Shown: positions 24,163-36,929, counted from the first letter of the stretch. The stretch: DNA of 64,000 bases from Mustelus asterias (GCF_964213995.1 NW_027590701.1:62001-126000); one strand, 5' to 3'. Program-made: numbers and translations. Notes: generated by a model from the sequence alone, not told the origin.

Positions 24163-25985
24163 ACATAGAACATAGAACATAGAAAGCCACAGCACAAACA
24201 GGCCCTTCGGCCCACAAGTTGCGCCGATCACATCCCCACCTCTAGGCCTATCTATAGCCCTCAATCCCATTAAATCCCATGTACTCATCCAGAAGTCTCT
24301 TAAAAGACCCCAACGAGTTTGCCTCCACCACCACCGACGTCAGCCGATTCCACTCACCCACCACCCTCTGAGTGAAAAACTTACCCCTGACATCTCCTCT
24401 GTACCTACCCCCCAGCACCTTAAACCTGTGTCCTCTCGTAGCAACCATTTCAGCCCTTGGAAATAGCCTCTGAGAGTCTACCCTATCCAGACCTCTCAAC
24501 ATCTTGTAAACCTCTATCAGGTCACCTCTCATCCTTCGTCTCTCCAGGGAGAAGAGACCAAGCTCCCTCAACCTATCCTCATAAGGCATGCCCCCCAATC
24601 CAGGCAACATCCTTGTAAATCTCCTCTGCACCCTTTCAATGGCTTCAACATCTTTCCTGTAATGAGGTGACCAGAACTGCGCGCAGTACTCCAAGTGGGG
24701 TCTAACCAGGGTCCTATAAAGCTGCAGCATTATCTCCCGACTCCTAAACTCAATCCCTCGATTAATGAAGGCCAGTACGCCGTACGCCTTCTTGACCGCA
24801 TCCTCCACCTGTGAGGCCGATTTAAGAGTCCTATGGACCCGGACCCCAAGGTCCTTCTGATCCTCTACACTGCTAAGAATGGTACCCTTCATTTTATACT
24901 GCTGCTTCATCCCATTGGTTCTGCCAAAATGGATCACCACACACTTATCCGGGTTGAAGTCCATCTGCCACTTCTCCGCCCAGTCTTGCATTCTATCTAT
25001 GTCTCGCTGCAACTTCTGACATCCCTCCAAACTATCCACAACACCACCTACCTTGGTGTCGTCAGCAAACTTACCAACCCATCCCTCCACTTCCTCATCC
25101 AGGTCATTTATGAAAATGACAAACAGCAAGGGTCCCAGAACAGATCCCTGGGGCACTCCACTGGTCACTGACCTCCACAGTAAGAAGTTTAACAACACCA
25201 GGTTAAAGTCCAACAGGTTTATTTGGTAGCAAATGACCTCCATGCAGAGAAAGACCCCTCCACAGCCACTCTCTGCCTTCTGCAGGCAAGCCAGTTCTGG
25301 ATCCACAAGGCAACAGCCCCTTGGATCCCATGCCCTCTCACTTTCTCAAGAAGTCTTGCATGGGGGACCTTATCGAACGCCTTGCTGAAGTCCATATAGA
25401 CCACATCCACCGCTCTTCCTTCGTCAATGTGTTTGGTCACATTTTCAAAGAACTCAACCAGGCTCGTAAGGCACGACCTGCCCTTGACAAAGCCGTGCTG
25501 ACTACTTTTGATCATACTAAACTTCTCTAGATGATCATAAATCCTGTCTCTCAGGATCCTCTCCATCAACTTACCAACCACTGAGGTTAGACTCACCGGT
25601 CGGTAATTTCCCGGGCTGTCCCTGTTCCCTTTCTTGAATATAGGGACCACATCTGCAATCCTCCAATCCTCCAGAACCTCTCCTGTCTCCATCGACGATG
25701 CAAAGATCATCGCCAAAGGCTCCGCAATCTCCTCCCTCGCCTCCCACAGTAACCTGGGGTACATCCCATCCGGTCCCGGCGACTTACCAACCTTGATGCC
25801 ATTCAATAGTTCCAACACATCCTCTTTCTTTATGTCCACATGCTCGATCCTTTCTGTCCACCGCAAACCAGCAGTACAACCACCCAGATCCCTTTCCACC
25901 GTGAATACCGAGGTAAAGTATTCATTAAGCAGCTCCGCCATTTCTAACGGTTCCGCACAAACTTTTCCCCCTTCACCTTTTAAGG
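24163..25985 (-). mobile_element. Young CR1-like LINE with near-complete RT domain, split by a 56-bp insertion
   Basis: [34 protein letters not shown] and KFADD motifs; (ttctatg)n tail. Confidence 0.95.
25178..25233 (-). mobile_element. 56-bp Penelope-like 3' end with 9-bp TSD inside a LINE RT
   Basis: TSD tgacctcca at 25169-25177 and 25234-25242; matches the reverse complement of 7336-7390. Confidence 0.88.
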
Positions 25986-26574
25986 GTTGGAGTCGGTGGG
26001 ATTCGGGGGGGAACTCTCCACCGGTTGGGGATATACCAGGTACAGACGAGGATGGCTGTGGTTGTTGGAGGTCAGTCATCACTGCAAGGGTCACTGCAGG
26101 GTTCATCTAAAACTCTGCTGGCCATGTTTAAACTCACATTAAGTGTTGTTCCACTATCACCCTTGTGCACGATGATCCACCCAGTAAAGCAACAACTTAA
26201 TATTAAAATTCTCATCCTTGGTTTCAAATCACTCCATGACCTTGCCTGTCCCAATATCTATAATCTCCTATAAGCCCCACAACCCTCAATATATTACACT
26301 GCTCTAATTCTGGTCTTTAGTTTGTCCCTGACCTTGCTTCACCAGTGCAAGCTCTACCTTCAGTTGCTTAGGCTCCAACCTCTGGAATACCATCCCTACA
26401 CGTCTCCAACTCTCCACCTCGCTTAACTCATTTAACACACCCCTTAAAATCTACCACTTTGACCAAACTTTTGGTCATCTAACCTAATATCTTCTTTGTG
26501 GCTCAATATCATACTTTATTTTACAAGCTCCTTGGATGTTTTATTATTTCAAGGCGCGATATAAATATATTTTG

Positions 26575-28250
26575 TTGTTCCTCATGTCTCCTGGGCCTCA
26601 TCATTTTCAGCTGCTTCATTAATTACCGTCTCCCCACCGTAGGGTCGGAAACGGGGATGTTCACTGATGATTGCAGTGTATATTACCATTCACAACTCTG
26701 AATACTGAAGCTGCCCGCATGCAGCGCAGGACCAGGACAACATTCAGGTTAGAGCTGATTGTCAATTCATACTGACACCACATAATTATCAGGAAATATC
26801 TATTTCCAGCAAGAAAATCTAACCATCTTCCCTTGATATTCAATGGCATTACCATCAGTGAATGTCCCACCAGCAATAACTTTGGGGTTACCATTGACCA
26901 GTCATTTAAATACTGTGGTTACAAGAGCAGATCAGAGGTTGGGAGTTTTGTGGCAGGTTACTCACTTAATGACTCCCCAAAGGCTTGCCATGATTCACAA
27001 GGTATAAATCAGGAGTAAGGTGGAATATTCCCTACCTGGATGAGTGTATCTGCAACAATTTTGTAGATCCTATCCAGGACAAAGTAGCCCGCCTGATCAG
27101 CATCTCAAATACCACCTTAAACATTCACTCTCCACCATTAGCCCACAATGGTGGCAGTGCATCCCACATATTAGATGCACTGCAAGAAATCACCAAGGCT
27201 GTTTTCACAGCATGTTTGAAGTCGGAAAATATACCTCTATAGGCTGGTATGAGTCAAAATACAGTCATGCTTTATTCTCATAAGCTTATGGGAGAACTTG
27301 ACCCCTTGAAAGCGGAAGCCAAAGTTCTCTCTGAACACAAGAAGCATGGATATTTATACATCAGGGTTCCCAATACAAGTCATGAAGCAAAGTCCAGTTA
27401 ACAGTCCTTGATCATAAATTATAGTTCCTTTAACAGCTTCTGATAGTCTCTGGATCATGGTTAGAGACCATCTGGTATCCTTGGGTCATAAAGCACAATT
27501 CTCCTGGTAGTCGAAGCCAAGGTGTCACCTCTGGTCCCCTGCTCTTCCCGCAGCGTTTCCTTTGAAGTGACTGAGTGACTGAGTGCAACTGTCCCAGTGG
27601 GAGTCCTCCTTCAAATGGCCATTCTCACACTCTACCATTTGCTTCCTTTGTTTAAATCATACACAAGCCTACGAGAAAGAAAGACTTATCCCCTAACATC
27701 TATATTTAACTGTCTGTTTTATCAGAATGATATAAACAAGCAAGGGAACCATGAACAAATAGCTTATACTAAAAGTAAAAGCTGAAAGACATGAACAAAT
27801 GGCTTATATTACTACCAGGAGCAATATAAACAAAAAGGAGGCTCGCCACAAGGAAGGGCTATGTTTGTGATACATTCCAGGTACAAAGTTCAACCTTTTA
27901 GGCACAAAATACATTGAGTACAAAAAACATTAACCCTTTCCCTTCTTCAATGTTCCAAACCCTAACTTCTACCACTTGAAAAACAAGTGCAGCCAGCGTA
28001 TGGGAATGCCACCATCTGTAAATTGTACTCCACATCACACACCATTCTGACTTGAAAATCAATCACCATTCCTTCTCTGTCACTGCATCAAATTCCTGGA
28101 ACTCCCTAACAGCGTTGTGGGTATACCTACACCAGATGGATTGCAGCAATTCAAGAAAGTGGCTCATTTTCTTTACAAGAGCAATCAGTGATGCGCAATG
28201 AATGTTGGCCTTGCCAGTCACATTCACATCCCCTGAAAGAATAAAACAAA
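26575..28250 (+). mobile_element. Old L2/CR1-clade LINE fossil interrupted by a solo LTR
   Basis: GMFTDDC (FADD-like) remnant; sequence resumes after the LTR TSD at 27955 and ends near gaataaaac. Confidence 0.65.
27217..27949 (-). mobile_element. Solo LTR (733 bp)
   Basis: TGAAG...CTTCA termini and 5-bp TSD atgtt (27212-27216, 27950-27954). Minus-strand TATAAA (~27355) and AATAAA (~27273). Confidence 0.85.
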
Positions 28251-28351
28251 ATCCTCATCCCTGGTATCATTCTCAGCCATGAGTACTGCAGTTATCAATG
28301 AACAGCTCCGCTTTCGACTTTATGATGGGGGGAGGGTCATTGGTGGAGCAA

Positions 28352-29285
28352 TGTCAAGACGCATCTTAAAGTCACTATCGTATCTGCTTCCACTACCTTC
28401 CCCGGCAACGAGTTCCAGGCACCCACCACCCTCAGTGTAAAAAACCTGCCTCGTACATCTCCTTTAAACCTTGCCCCTCACACCTTAAACCTATGCCCCT
28501 GGTAATTGACTCTTCCACCCTGGGAAAAAGCTTCAGATTATCCACTCTGTCCATGCCCCTCATAATCTTGTAGACTTCTATCAGGTTGCCCTCCTCAACC
28601 TCCGTTGTTCCAGTGAGAACAAACCACGTTTCTCCAACTTCTCCTCATAGCTAATGCCCTCCACACCAGGCAACATCCTGGTAAATATTTTCCGTACCCT
28701 CTCCAAAGCCTCCACATCCTTCTGGTAGTGTGGTGACCAGAATTGAACACTAGATTCCAAGTGCGGTTTAACTCAGGTTCTATAAAGCTGCAACATGACT
28801 TGCCAATTTTTAAACTCAATGCCCCGGCCGATGAAGGCAAGCATGCCGTATGCCTTCTTGACTATCTTCCCCACCTGCATTGCCACTTTCAATGACCTGT
28901 GTACCTGTACACCCAGATCCCTCTGCCTATCAATACTCTGAAGGGTTCTGCCATTTACTGTATATTTCCCATCTGTATTAGACCTTCCAAAATGCATTAC
29001 CTCACATTTATCCAGATTAAACTTCATCTGCCATCTCTTCGCCCAAGTCTCCAACTGATCTATATCCTGCTGTATCCTCTGCCGGTCCCCATCGCTATCC
29101 GCAATTCCACCAACCTTTGTGCCGTCCACAAACTTACCAATCAAACCAGTTACATTTTCCTCCAAATCATTTATATATATTACAAACATCAAAAGTCCCA
29201 GCACTGATCGCTGAGGAATGTCACTTGTCACAGCCCTCCATTCAGAAATGTACCTTTGCACTGCCAACCTCTGTTTTCTTCTGAC
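28352..29285 (-). mobile_element. CR1-like LINE fragment (same subfamily as 2043 and 33755)
   Basis: RT C-terminal ORF 28773..29318. Confidence 0.9.
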
Positions 29286-29518
29286 TAAATATCTCGAAAC
29301 TTCCTCACACCCTGTCACTCTGTGATCCTTGTGACATTTGAAACCAGGTATTCACAAAAAGACTCAAAGAGCATCAGCCCACTGGAGGCTGAGACCAGCC
29401 AGTCCAGCACAAAGAAACCCTCTGACCCTTCCCATTGACCAACTGTGAGAATGAACAAAATACAGTCCTGGATGCAACTGAGAGCAGAAACAATAACAGC
29501 AGAATCCTACCCCGGGAA

Positions 29519-30277
29519 TCACTCGTGAACTTGTTGATGTCTCAGCAGCTGGGATGAAACTCTGAATCCCTTCCCACACTGAGAGCAGGTGAACGGCCTC
29601 TCCCCAGTGTGAACTCGCTGGTGTATCCTCAGGTGGGATGACCGAATGAATCCCTTCCCACACTGAGAGCAGGTGAACGGTCTCTCCCCAGTGTGAACTC
29701 GCTGGTGTCTCTGCAGGTGGGATGATCGAGTGAATCCCTCCCCACATTGAGAGCAGGTAAATGGTCTCTCCCCAGTGTGAACTCGCTGGTGTGACTGCAG
29801 GTTGGATGACCAAGTGAATCCCTCCCCACACTGAGAGCAGGTGAATGGCCTCTCCCCAGTGTGAACTCGCTGGTGTGTCTGCAGGCTGGATAACTGAGTG
29901 AATCCCTTCCCACACTGAGAGCAGATGAACGGCCTCTCCCCAGTGTGAACTCGCTGGTGTCTCTGCAGACTGGATAACTGAGTGAATCCCTTCCCACACT
30001 GAGAGCAGGTGAATGGCCTCTCCCCAGTGTGAACTCGCTGGTGTGTCCGCAGGTGGGATAACCGAGTAAATCCCTTCCCACACTGAGAGCAGGTGAATGG
30101 CCTCTCCCCAGTGTGAACTCGCTGGTGTGTCCGTAAGCTGGATAACTGATTAAATCCCTTCTCACACTGAGAGCAGGTGAATGGCCTCTCCCCAGTGTGG
30201 CTGCGCCGATGAACTTCCAGCTCTGATGGGGCTCTGTATCCCTTCCCACAGTCCACACATTTCCATGGTTTCTCCAT
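29519..30277 (-). CDS. C2H2 zinc-finger protein ZNF-6, 9 fingers
   Basis: Intact ORF from ATG 30277. Highly homogeneous CSQC fingers, ending [14 protein letters not shown]. Confidence 0.92.
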   Translation of the reverse strand: MEKPWKCVDCGKGYRAPSELEVHRRSHTGERPFTCSQCEKGFNQLSSLRTHQRVHTGERPFTCSQCGKGFTRLSHLRTHQRVHTGERPFTCSQCGKGFTQLSSLQRHQRVHTGERPFICSQCGKGFTQLSSLQTHQRVHTGERPFTCSQCGEGFTWSSNLQSHQRVHTGERPFTCSQCGEGFTRSSHLQRHQRVHTGERPFTCSQCGKGFIRSSHLRIHQRVHTGERPFTCSQCGKGFRVSSQLLRHQQVHE

Positions 30278-30949
30278 GATGCAGGTGTCCTTGCCTCTCT
30301 CTTGGGTGGACAATTAGTTGAAACTTCGTCCACACACAGAACAAGATTACAGTCTCGACCCGCTGTGAATGGTGTGATATTTATTCAGACTGTGTAACTG
30401 GTTAAAGCTCTTTAGTCAGTGCATTGGAACACTCTCACTCAAGTGTGGCAGAGTGTTGATGCTTTTTCACTCACACTGACATGTCAAATCTTTTCAAATC
30501 GACAGACTGGACAATCATTTCTCCTCCTGGATTCAAAGTTCGATGATATTGAGGTCCCAAGGGATATGACTCTGTCACGTCTAGACGTGATGTTTGAGAT
30601 TTCAGCCTGTGATTCCTCTTTCAAGATCCTGTAAAATGAGTTTCCAAAAGTCATCAGTGTCAGTGCAGGATAGAAATTCAGAACAGACAATTTCTATGGA
30701 ACATTCTTTCCTCTCTCATTCCCCAAAAGCTGTAAATCTCCATCCCACACACTCTCTCCCCATTCTCAACAGGTCTGGCAGCATCTGTATGGAGAGAAAA
30801 GAACTGATGTTTCAGAGCTTTGACAAAGGGTCATCTAGACAAGAAACATCAGCTCTTTTCTCTCCTTACAGATGCTGCCAGACCTGCTGAGATTTTCCAG
30901 CATTTTCCCTCCTGGTTTCAGATTCCAGCATCCGCAGTAATTTGCTTTT

Positions 30950-31640
30950 ATAAGGCTGCAGATACCTCCTCCCAAGTAACATGCGTGTGCCCAAGACATC
31001 ACCACTTGTTTCCCTTATTTCTTTAGCACCCATGGTGCTCTCCACAGTAAACACAGAGAAGTATTCATTAAAAATCTCACCCATCTCCTGTGGCTCCACA
31101 CACAGATGGCCATACTGATTTTTAAGGGGATCTATTCTCTCTCTAGCCACCCTTTTACTCTTAATATAGCTCTCAAACCTCTTGGAATTTTCTTTAATCT
31201 TACCTGCCAGATCCATATCAGACCCTCTTTTTGTCCTCCTGATCTCCCTCTTCAGTATTTTCTTACACTTTTTATAGTCAGAGTGATTCATTTGTCCCCG
31301 ATTGTCTAAACCCAATGTATGCTTCCTTCTTTTACCTGACCAGAGCCTCAATGTCCCTTGTCTGCCAGAGATCCCTAAATTTACCATTCTTTCCCTGCAT
31401 CGTAACAGGAATATACTGCCCCTGGACTATTGATGTCACACTTTTAAAACCTCCCATTTGCCAGTCATTCCTTTCCCTTCAAACAAACTCACCTAATCGA
31501 CATCTGCTCGATCCTGCCTAATGCCCACAAAAGTGACCCTGCTCCAGTTTAGGGCCTTGACCTGTGGACCTGTCCTATCTTTTTCCAGAACGATTTTGAA
31601 ACTATTGGTGCTCCCAATAGTGCTCCCTGACTGACACTTC
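30950..31640 (-). mobile_element. CR1-like LINE ORF2 internal fragment
   Basis: LAGKIKENSKRFESYIKSKR...EIFNEYFSVFT. Confidence 0.75.
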
Positions 31641-31887
31641 AGTCACTTGCTCCACCTCATTTCTTAACTGTCTAATAGAAAGTGAGTCCAGGAATTGATA
31701 ATGAAAAATAAGGAGCTGGGAGATGAATTGAACAAGTATTTTGCCTCGGTGTTCACAATAGAGGATACAGTTAAAACTCAGAAACAGCTGGAAATCAGAA
31801 AACAGAAGTGTGGGATGAACTCTGAAAAAGCACAATGACCAGGGAAGTGGTCCTCAGCAAACTGTTGGAGCTGTGGGCTGATGAGTC

Positions 31888-31987
31888 CTCGGGTCCTGCT
31901 GGGCTTCATTCTCGGGTCCTGCTGGGCTTCATTCTCGGGTCCTGCTGGGCTTCATTCTCGGGTCCTGCTGGGCTTCATTCCCGGGTC
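31888..31987. repeat. 23-bp tandem repeat x4
   Basis: gggtcctgctgggcttcattctc, within a decayed LINE segment. Confidence 0.92.
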
Positions 31988-32039
31988 TTAACAGAGGGAG
32001 ATAGTTGATGATGTTCAATTTTCTAAACCGTCTGTCGCC

Positions 32040-32145
32040 ATTACCCGCACTGCGCATGCTTCAGGTCCCGCCCCTCATTCACTCCGATTGGTTGGAGGAC
32101 CAGCCGCTCCCGCTCGGTCCTCCAGCCCCGCCCCATCTTCCTACT
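32040..32145. promoter_or_regulatory. Promoter remnant between ZNF-6 (-) and ZNF-7 (+)
   Basis: tgcgcatgc, GC boxes, gattgg and the spaced palindrome at 32093-32124; cut by a SINE. Confidence 0.55.
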
Positions 32146-32148
32146 CAT

Positions 32149-32351
32149 CCCAGGACACTAAGGGGCAATTTAGCATAGCCAATGCACCTAACTGGCATAT
32201 CTTTGGACGATGGGAGGAAACCGGAGCATCTGGAGAAAACCCACGCAGACATGGGGAGAACGGGCAGACTCCACATGGACAGTGACCCAAGTTGGGAATC
32301 GAACCCAGGTCCCTGGAGCTGTGAGGCAGCAGTGCTAACCACTGTGCTGCC
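32149..32351 (-). mobile_element. V-SINE
   Basis: Same head and core. Confidence 0.8.
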
Positions 32352-33313
32352 TACATTGCTGATGAGAATTTTAATTTACTGACTTAGGAATTAATTCTCG
32401 GGAATAGTCATTCTGAAAATGACCATTAAAATGTGTTTAATTTACCCACTTTGCCAGATTTCAGTTTGCATTTCAAAATTGAATTGAGAATGTCTGAGAG
32501 CAAATGGTAAAATGAGGTTTGAGACACCAGCTGCAATTATTTTCTGTGACTGATGATACCTTTGTGCCTGTGCAGGAGGTCATTCCCCTGCTGTTGTGGC
32601 ACAATGAAATGGAGCTTTTCCTCGGAACAGGCCCATGTAAATGGTCATCGTGGTGTTTCATTGGTGAGCAGAGCACGTGTGCCCATTGTGGTAACAACAG
32701 AGTCAGTGGGGCTGCACGTCCCCTGACTTGGAAGGAAAATAATTGACTCCTTGATTGTACTCTCAATCTGCACATGGCCTGCAGGACTGAATCCAGCTGG
32801 AGGGAGAGGGAGCTGGGCTCAGAGTGGAGTTGGGGCAATGAGTTTGATTTCAGCTCAGGGACAAGAGAGAGTGTGTGGGATGGGGATTACAGCTCAAGAT
32901 AAATGAGACAGAGAAATGTTTCGTGGAAACTGAAATTGTCTGTTCTGAAGCAGTTTTTAAAAACTCTGTGCAGGGAACTAGAAGAGGAAGATTCACAGAC
33001 AGGAAACTCAAACTAAACTTCACATCAAAGTCTGACAGAGCCATTCGATTCAGCATGACCTAAATATGATTGCTTTTGACAGTGGAGGGATAAATCGTTC
33101 CCTGTTTTGTCAGTGGAAGAAAATTTCAAAATTCAATGTGACAGAAAAAGAACTGAGACACACACATACACCCAAGTGAGAGTGCTCCAGTGAACTGACT
33201 GTGGATAGAGCTTTAACCAGTTACATAGCCTGAAAAACATCACACCATGGTCTGTAGGTGGATGAGGCTTCAACTAATCAACCAACCTGGAGAGACAGAA
33301 GGACACCAGCACC

Positions 33314-33757
33314 ATGGACAAAACGTGGAAATGTGAGGATTGTGGTAAAGGATTCAATTATCCATCCCGGTTGGAAACCCATCGACACGGTCACATTGGG
33401 GCTGGGAAAATGGAGAAACCATGGAAATGTGATGATTGTGATAAAGGATTCAATTATCTGTACTTGCTGGAAAACCATAGATACAGTCACACTGGAGAGA
33501 GGCCATTCATCTGTTCTGTGTTTGGGAAAGGATTCACTATCTCATCCCACCTGCTGTTACACCAGCAAATTCACACTGAGGAGAGGCCGTTCAGCTGCTC
33601 CACCTGTGGAAAGGGGTTCTCATGTTCATCCAACCTCAGTGCACATCAGCGAGTTCACACTGGGGAGAGATTGTTCACCTGCTCCTTGTGTGGGAAGGAT
33701 TTTGCTGGGCCATCCAGTCTTTGGACACAACAGCGAATTCACACAGGATATATCTAA
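33314..33757 (+). pseudogene. Divergent zinc-finger gene ZNF-7 truncated by a LINE
   Basis: 5 fingers, two with lost Zn ligands (CSVF, QQRIH). The array ends abruptly at HTG where CR1-like RT sequence begins. Confidence 0.8.
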
Positions 33758-34716
33758 TATATATAAATGATTTGGAGGAAAATGTAACTGGATTGATAGG
33801 TAAGTTTGCGGACGACACAAAGGTTGGTGGATTTGCGGATAGCGATGAGGACCATCAGAGGATACAGCAGGATATAGACCAGTTGGAGACTTGGGTGGAG
33901 AGATGGCAGATGGAGTTTAATCCGGACAAATGTGAGGTAATGCAGTTTGGAAGGTCTAATACAGATAGGAAATATACAGTAAATGGCAGAACCTTTAACA
34001 ATATTAATAGGCAAAGGGACCTGGGTGTACAGGTACACAGATTACTGAAAGTGGCAATGCAGATGGAGAAGGTCATCAAGAAGGTATACGGCATGCTTAC
34101 CTTCATCGGCTGGGGCATTGAGTTTAAAAATTGGCAAGTCATGTTGCAGCTTTATAGAACCTTAGTTAGGCCGCACTTGGAATATAGTGTTCAATTCTGG
34201 TCGCCACACTACCAGAAGGAAGGCTTTGGAGAGGGTCCAGAAAAGACTTACCAGGATGTTGCCTGGTATGGAGGGCATTAGCTATGAGGAGAGGTTGGAG
34301 AAACTTGGTTTGTTCTCACTTGAGCGATGGAGGTTGAGGGGAGACCTGATAGAAGTCTACAAGATTATGAGAGGCATGGAAAGAGTGGATAGTCAGAAGC
34401 TTTTTCCCAGGGTGGAAGAGTCAATTACTGTGGGGAATAGGTTTAAGGTGCGAGGGGTAAAATTTAAAAGAGATGTACGAGGCAGATGTTTTACAGAGAG
34501 AGTGGTGGGTGCCTGGTATTCATTGCCGGGGGAGGTAGTGGAAGCAGATACGGTCTTGACATTTAAGCGGCGTCTTGACAAGTACATGAATGAGATGGGA
34601 ATAGAGGGATATGGTCCCTGGAAGGGTAGTGGGTTTTAGTTAAGTTGGGCAGTATGGTCGGTGCAGGCTTGGAGGGCCGAAGGGCCTGTATCTGTGCTGC
34701 AATTTTCTTTGTTCTT
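33755..34716 (+). mobile_element. CR1-like LINE 3' part truncating ZNF-7
   Basis: IYINDLEE...KFADDTKVGG through to a ttctttgttctt tail. Confidence 0.92.
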
Positions 34717-35219
34717 AGTACACAGGCCAATTTATCTTTCTAGGGGTGAGTGTGTCTGAGAGGTATGCAACTGGAAAACATTTTCCATTCACCTCCTGCA
34801 TTGCTGCAGTATAAATAGATGTTGTTCTCACTCTGCCAGCAGGGCTGTGGGATTAATTGGACAGATCTTAAAGACAGCCCGACTGGGCAGGATGTGCCAA
34901 GTGGTTTCCATCTGTGATGTATCATTCCATAAAACAGAATAGTCAGCATCAGGAGAAAGAAAGTAAAAGAAATCAGTCTCTGTGGGATTTACCCAACCAG
35001 TATGAGCACCTTCAGGAGAGCAGAGAGAGAGGAAACCAGTGGGAAAAGTTTTAAAAATTCGGGGTATTCCCACAGGAGAGCACTGGCTTAAATTAATTTT
35101 AGAAATAGAGAATGGCAGCGCACAAATTCCGAGGAATGCATTTTTAAATATTAATTGATCTTAATTGCACAAGATAATTTTCTATTATTGTCTTTGATTG
35201 ACAATGACGCCATTAATTC

Positions 35220-35620
35220 CCAGGTGCCCCTGCGGGTGTGAAAGTGTCCTATTCATTCCAAAGGAGCCTATTGCGCAGGCGCGGTGCTATATCTGGAGCG
35301 TGCGCAGTGTCACTTAGCCCGGAGCCCTATGAGTGCGGGAGATGCTTTTTTCAACGGGTGAGTCGGTGGGGCTGCGGGAGAAATGGAGCCGGGAGTCGGG
35401 GTAGGGAGGGAGCTATGGCTTCACAAACACCCGCTGTCGGCCGCACGGCCCGAATAAGACCCTGCAGGTCCCGGGTTTACAGCTCCCAGGCTTTTATCCC
35501 GGGAACAGGCCCCGGTTATCGGCCGCCATCTTGTTTCAGCGGGGAAGGAGAGCGCATGCGCTGCTGTCGGTGGCGGGTCACAATGGGCGTGGTTTCAGGG
35601 GCTGGTTCAGAACCTCTGTC
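35220..35620. promoter_or_regulatory. CpG island upstream of ZNF-8
   Basis: NRF1-like gcgcatgcgc (~35552), YY1-like gccgccatcttg (~35522) and a possible donor cgg/gtgagt (~35357). Confidence 0.65.
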
Positions 35621-35631
35621 TTCAGAGGGAC

Positions 35632-35869
35632 AATAGAATCATAGAAACCCTACAGCACAGAAAGAGGCCATTCGGCCCATCGAGTCTGCACCGACCACAA
35701 TCCCACCCAGGCCCTACCCCCATATCCCTACATATTTTACCCGCTAATCCCTCTAATCTACGCATCCCAGGACACTAAGGGGCAATTTCTTTAGCATAGC
35801 CAATCAACCTAACCCGCACATCTTTGGACTGTGGGAGGAAACTGGAGCACCCAGAGGAAACCCTCGCAG
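35632..35869 (-). mobile_element. HE1-like V-SINE, 5'-truncated at the Tx1 junction
   Basis: Core plus CR1-like tail (ttctatgattctat). Confidence 0.8.
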
Positions 35870-36260
35870 AGAGGGGCGTGTCGGGATGGTGACCTCCTTG
35901 TGAACTTGCTCCTGGGCCTGGCAAAGCGCGCCATTTATCGGTCCAGGCAGCAGGCGATCGAGGGGGCCATCCACCCTGACTGTCTGCCCCTCTACCGTGG
36001 CTACGTTCGCGGCCAGGTGTCCCTGGAGAGGGAACATGCGATGTTCATGGGTGCGCTTGACGCCTTCCGCCCCCATTGGGCACCGCAGGGGTTGGGGTGT
36101 GTTATCGACCCTAATAATCACATTGTGATTTGATGTTTTTAAGTTTCCTTTCTACTTTGATTTTTGTTCGGGCTGCTCCCCCTCCTTTTGGGGAGCTGCC
36201 CCTTTTACTTTGTCCTGATTTAACTTGAGTTTGTTTATTTGGTTTGACCTTAAAAAAGGC
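35870..36260 (+). mobile_element. Tx1/L1-clade LINE 3' end abutting the ZNF-8 exon-1 donor
   Basis: ORF GDLLVNLLLGLAKRAIYRSR...VRGQVSLE...AFRPHW resembles a Tx1 ORF2 C-terminus. Confidence 0.6.
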
Positions 36261-36860
36261 CAACATCTGTGAGTGAAACACTTTTTTTCTTTTCTCCCCC
36301 TTTCCATTTCTTTTCTCATTCCGGGGGAAATTGGGGACTTGCAGCAACTGAAGGGAAAGGAAGTGAATCCAGTCTGTATATTCCATACATTGTTAGTCCA
36401 GTCAGATAGACATATATCTGTCTGGCAGCCTGCATGGAGATTTCCAGCTCTCTCTGTCCAGGACAGGAAGCAGTGAGCATGGATCTACCAATCAGCCTCA
36501 ATCAGAGGGTGAATATTAGATACAGCAGAGTGAGAATGGAGGGAGAGTGTGTGGGATGGAGATTTACAGCTCTTGGGGAATGAGAGAGGAAAGAATGTTC
36601 CATAGAAACTAGAATTGTCTGTTCTGAATTTCTATCCTGTACTGACAGTGATAACCTTTGTAAACTCCTTTTACAGGATATCAGAAGTTGAGGATTTTAC
36701 AGACAGAAATCTCAAACCAAACATCACATCAACATCTGACAGAGTCACTCAATTCATCGGGACCTGAATATCTTCGGTCTTTGAATCCAGAAGGAGAAAT
36801 GTTTCTCTGTTCTATCGGCTTCAGCAGTCTTTAAACATCATTGTGACTGGAACAGGACTG

Positions 36861-36892
<32 letters not shown>

Positions 36893-36929
36893 AGACACAG
36901 ACACAGACACACACACACACACACACACA
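36861..36929. repeat. (CA)n/(CACAGA)n microsatellite in the ZNF-8 leader
   Basis: Directly visible. Confidence 0.95.
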
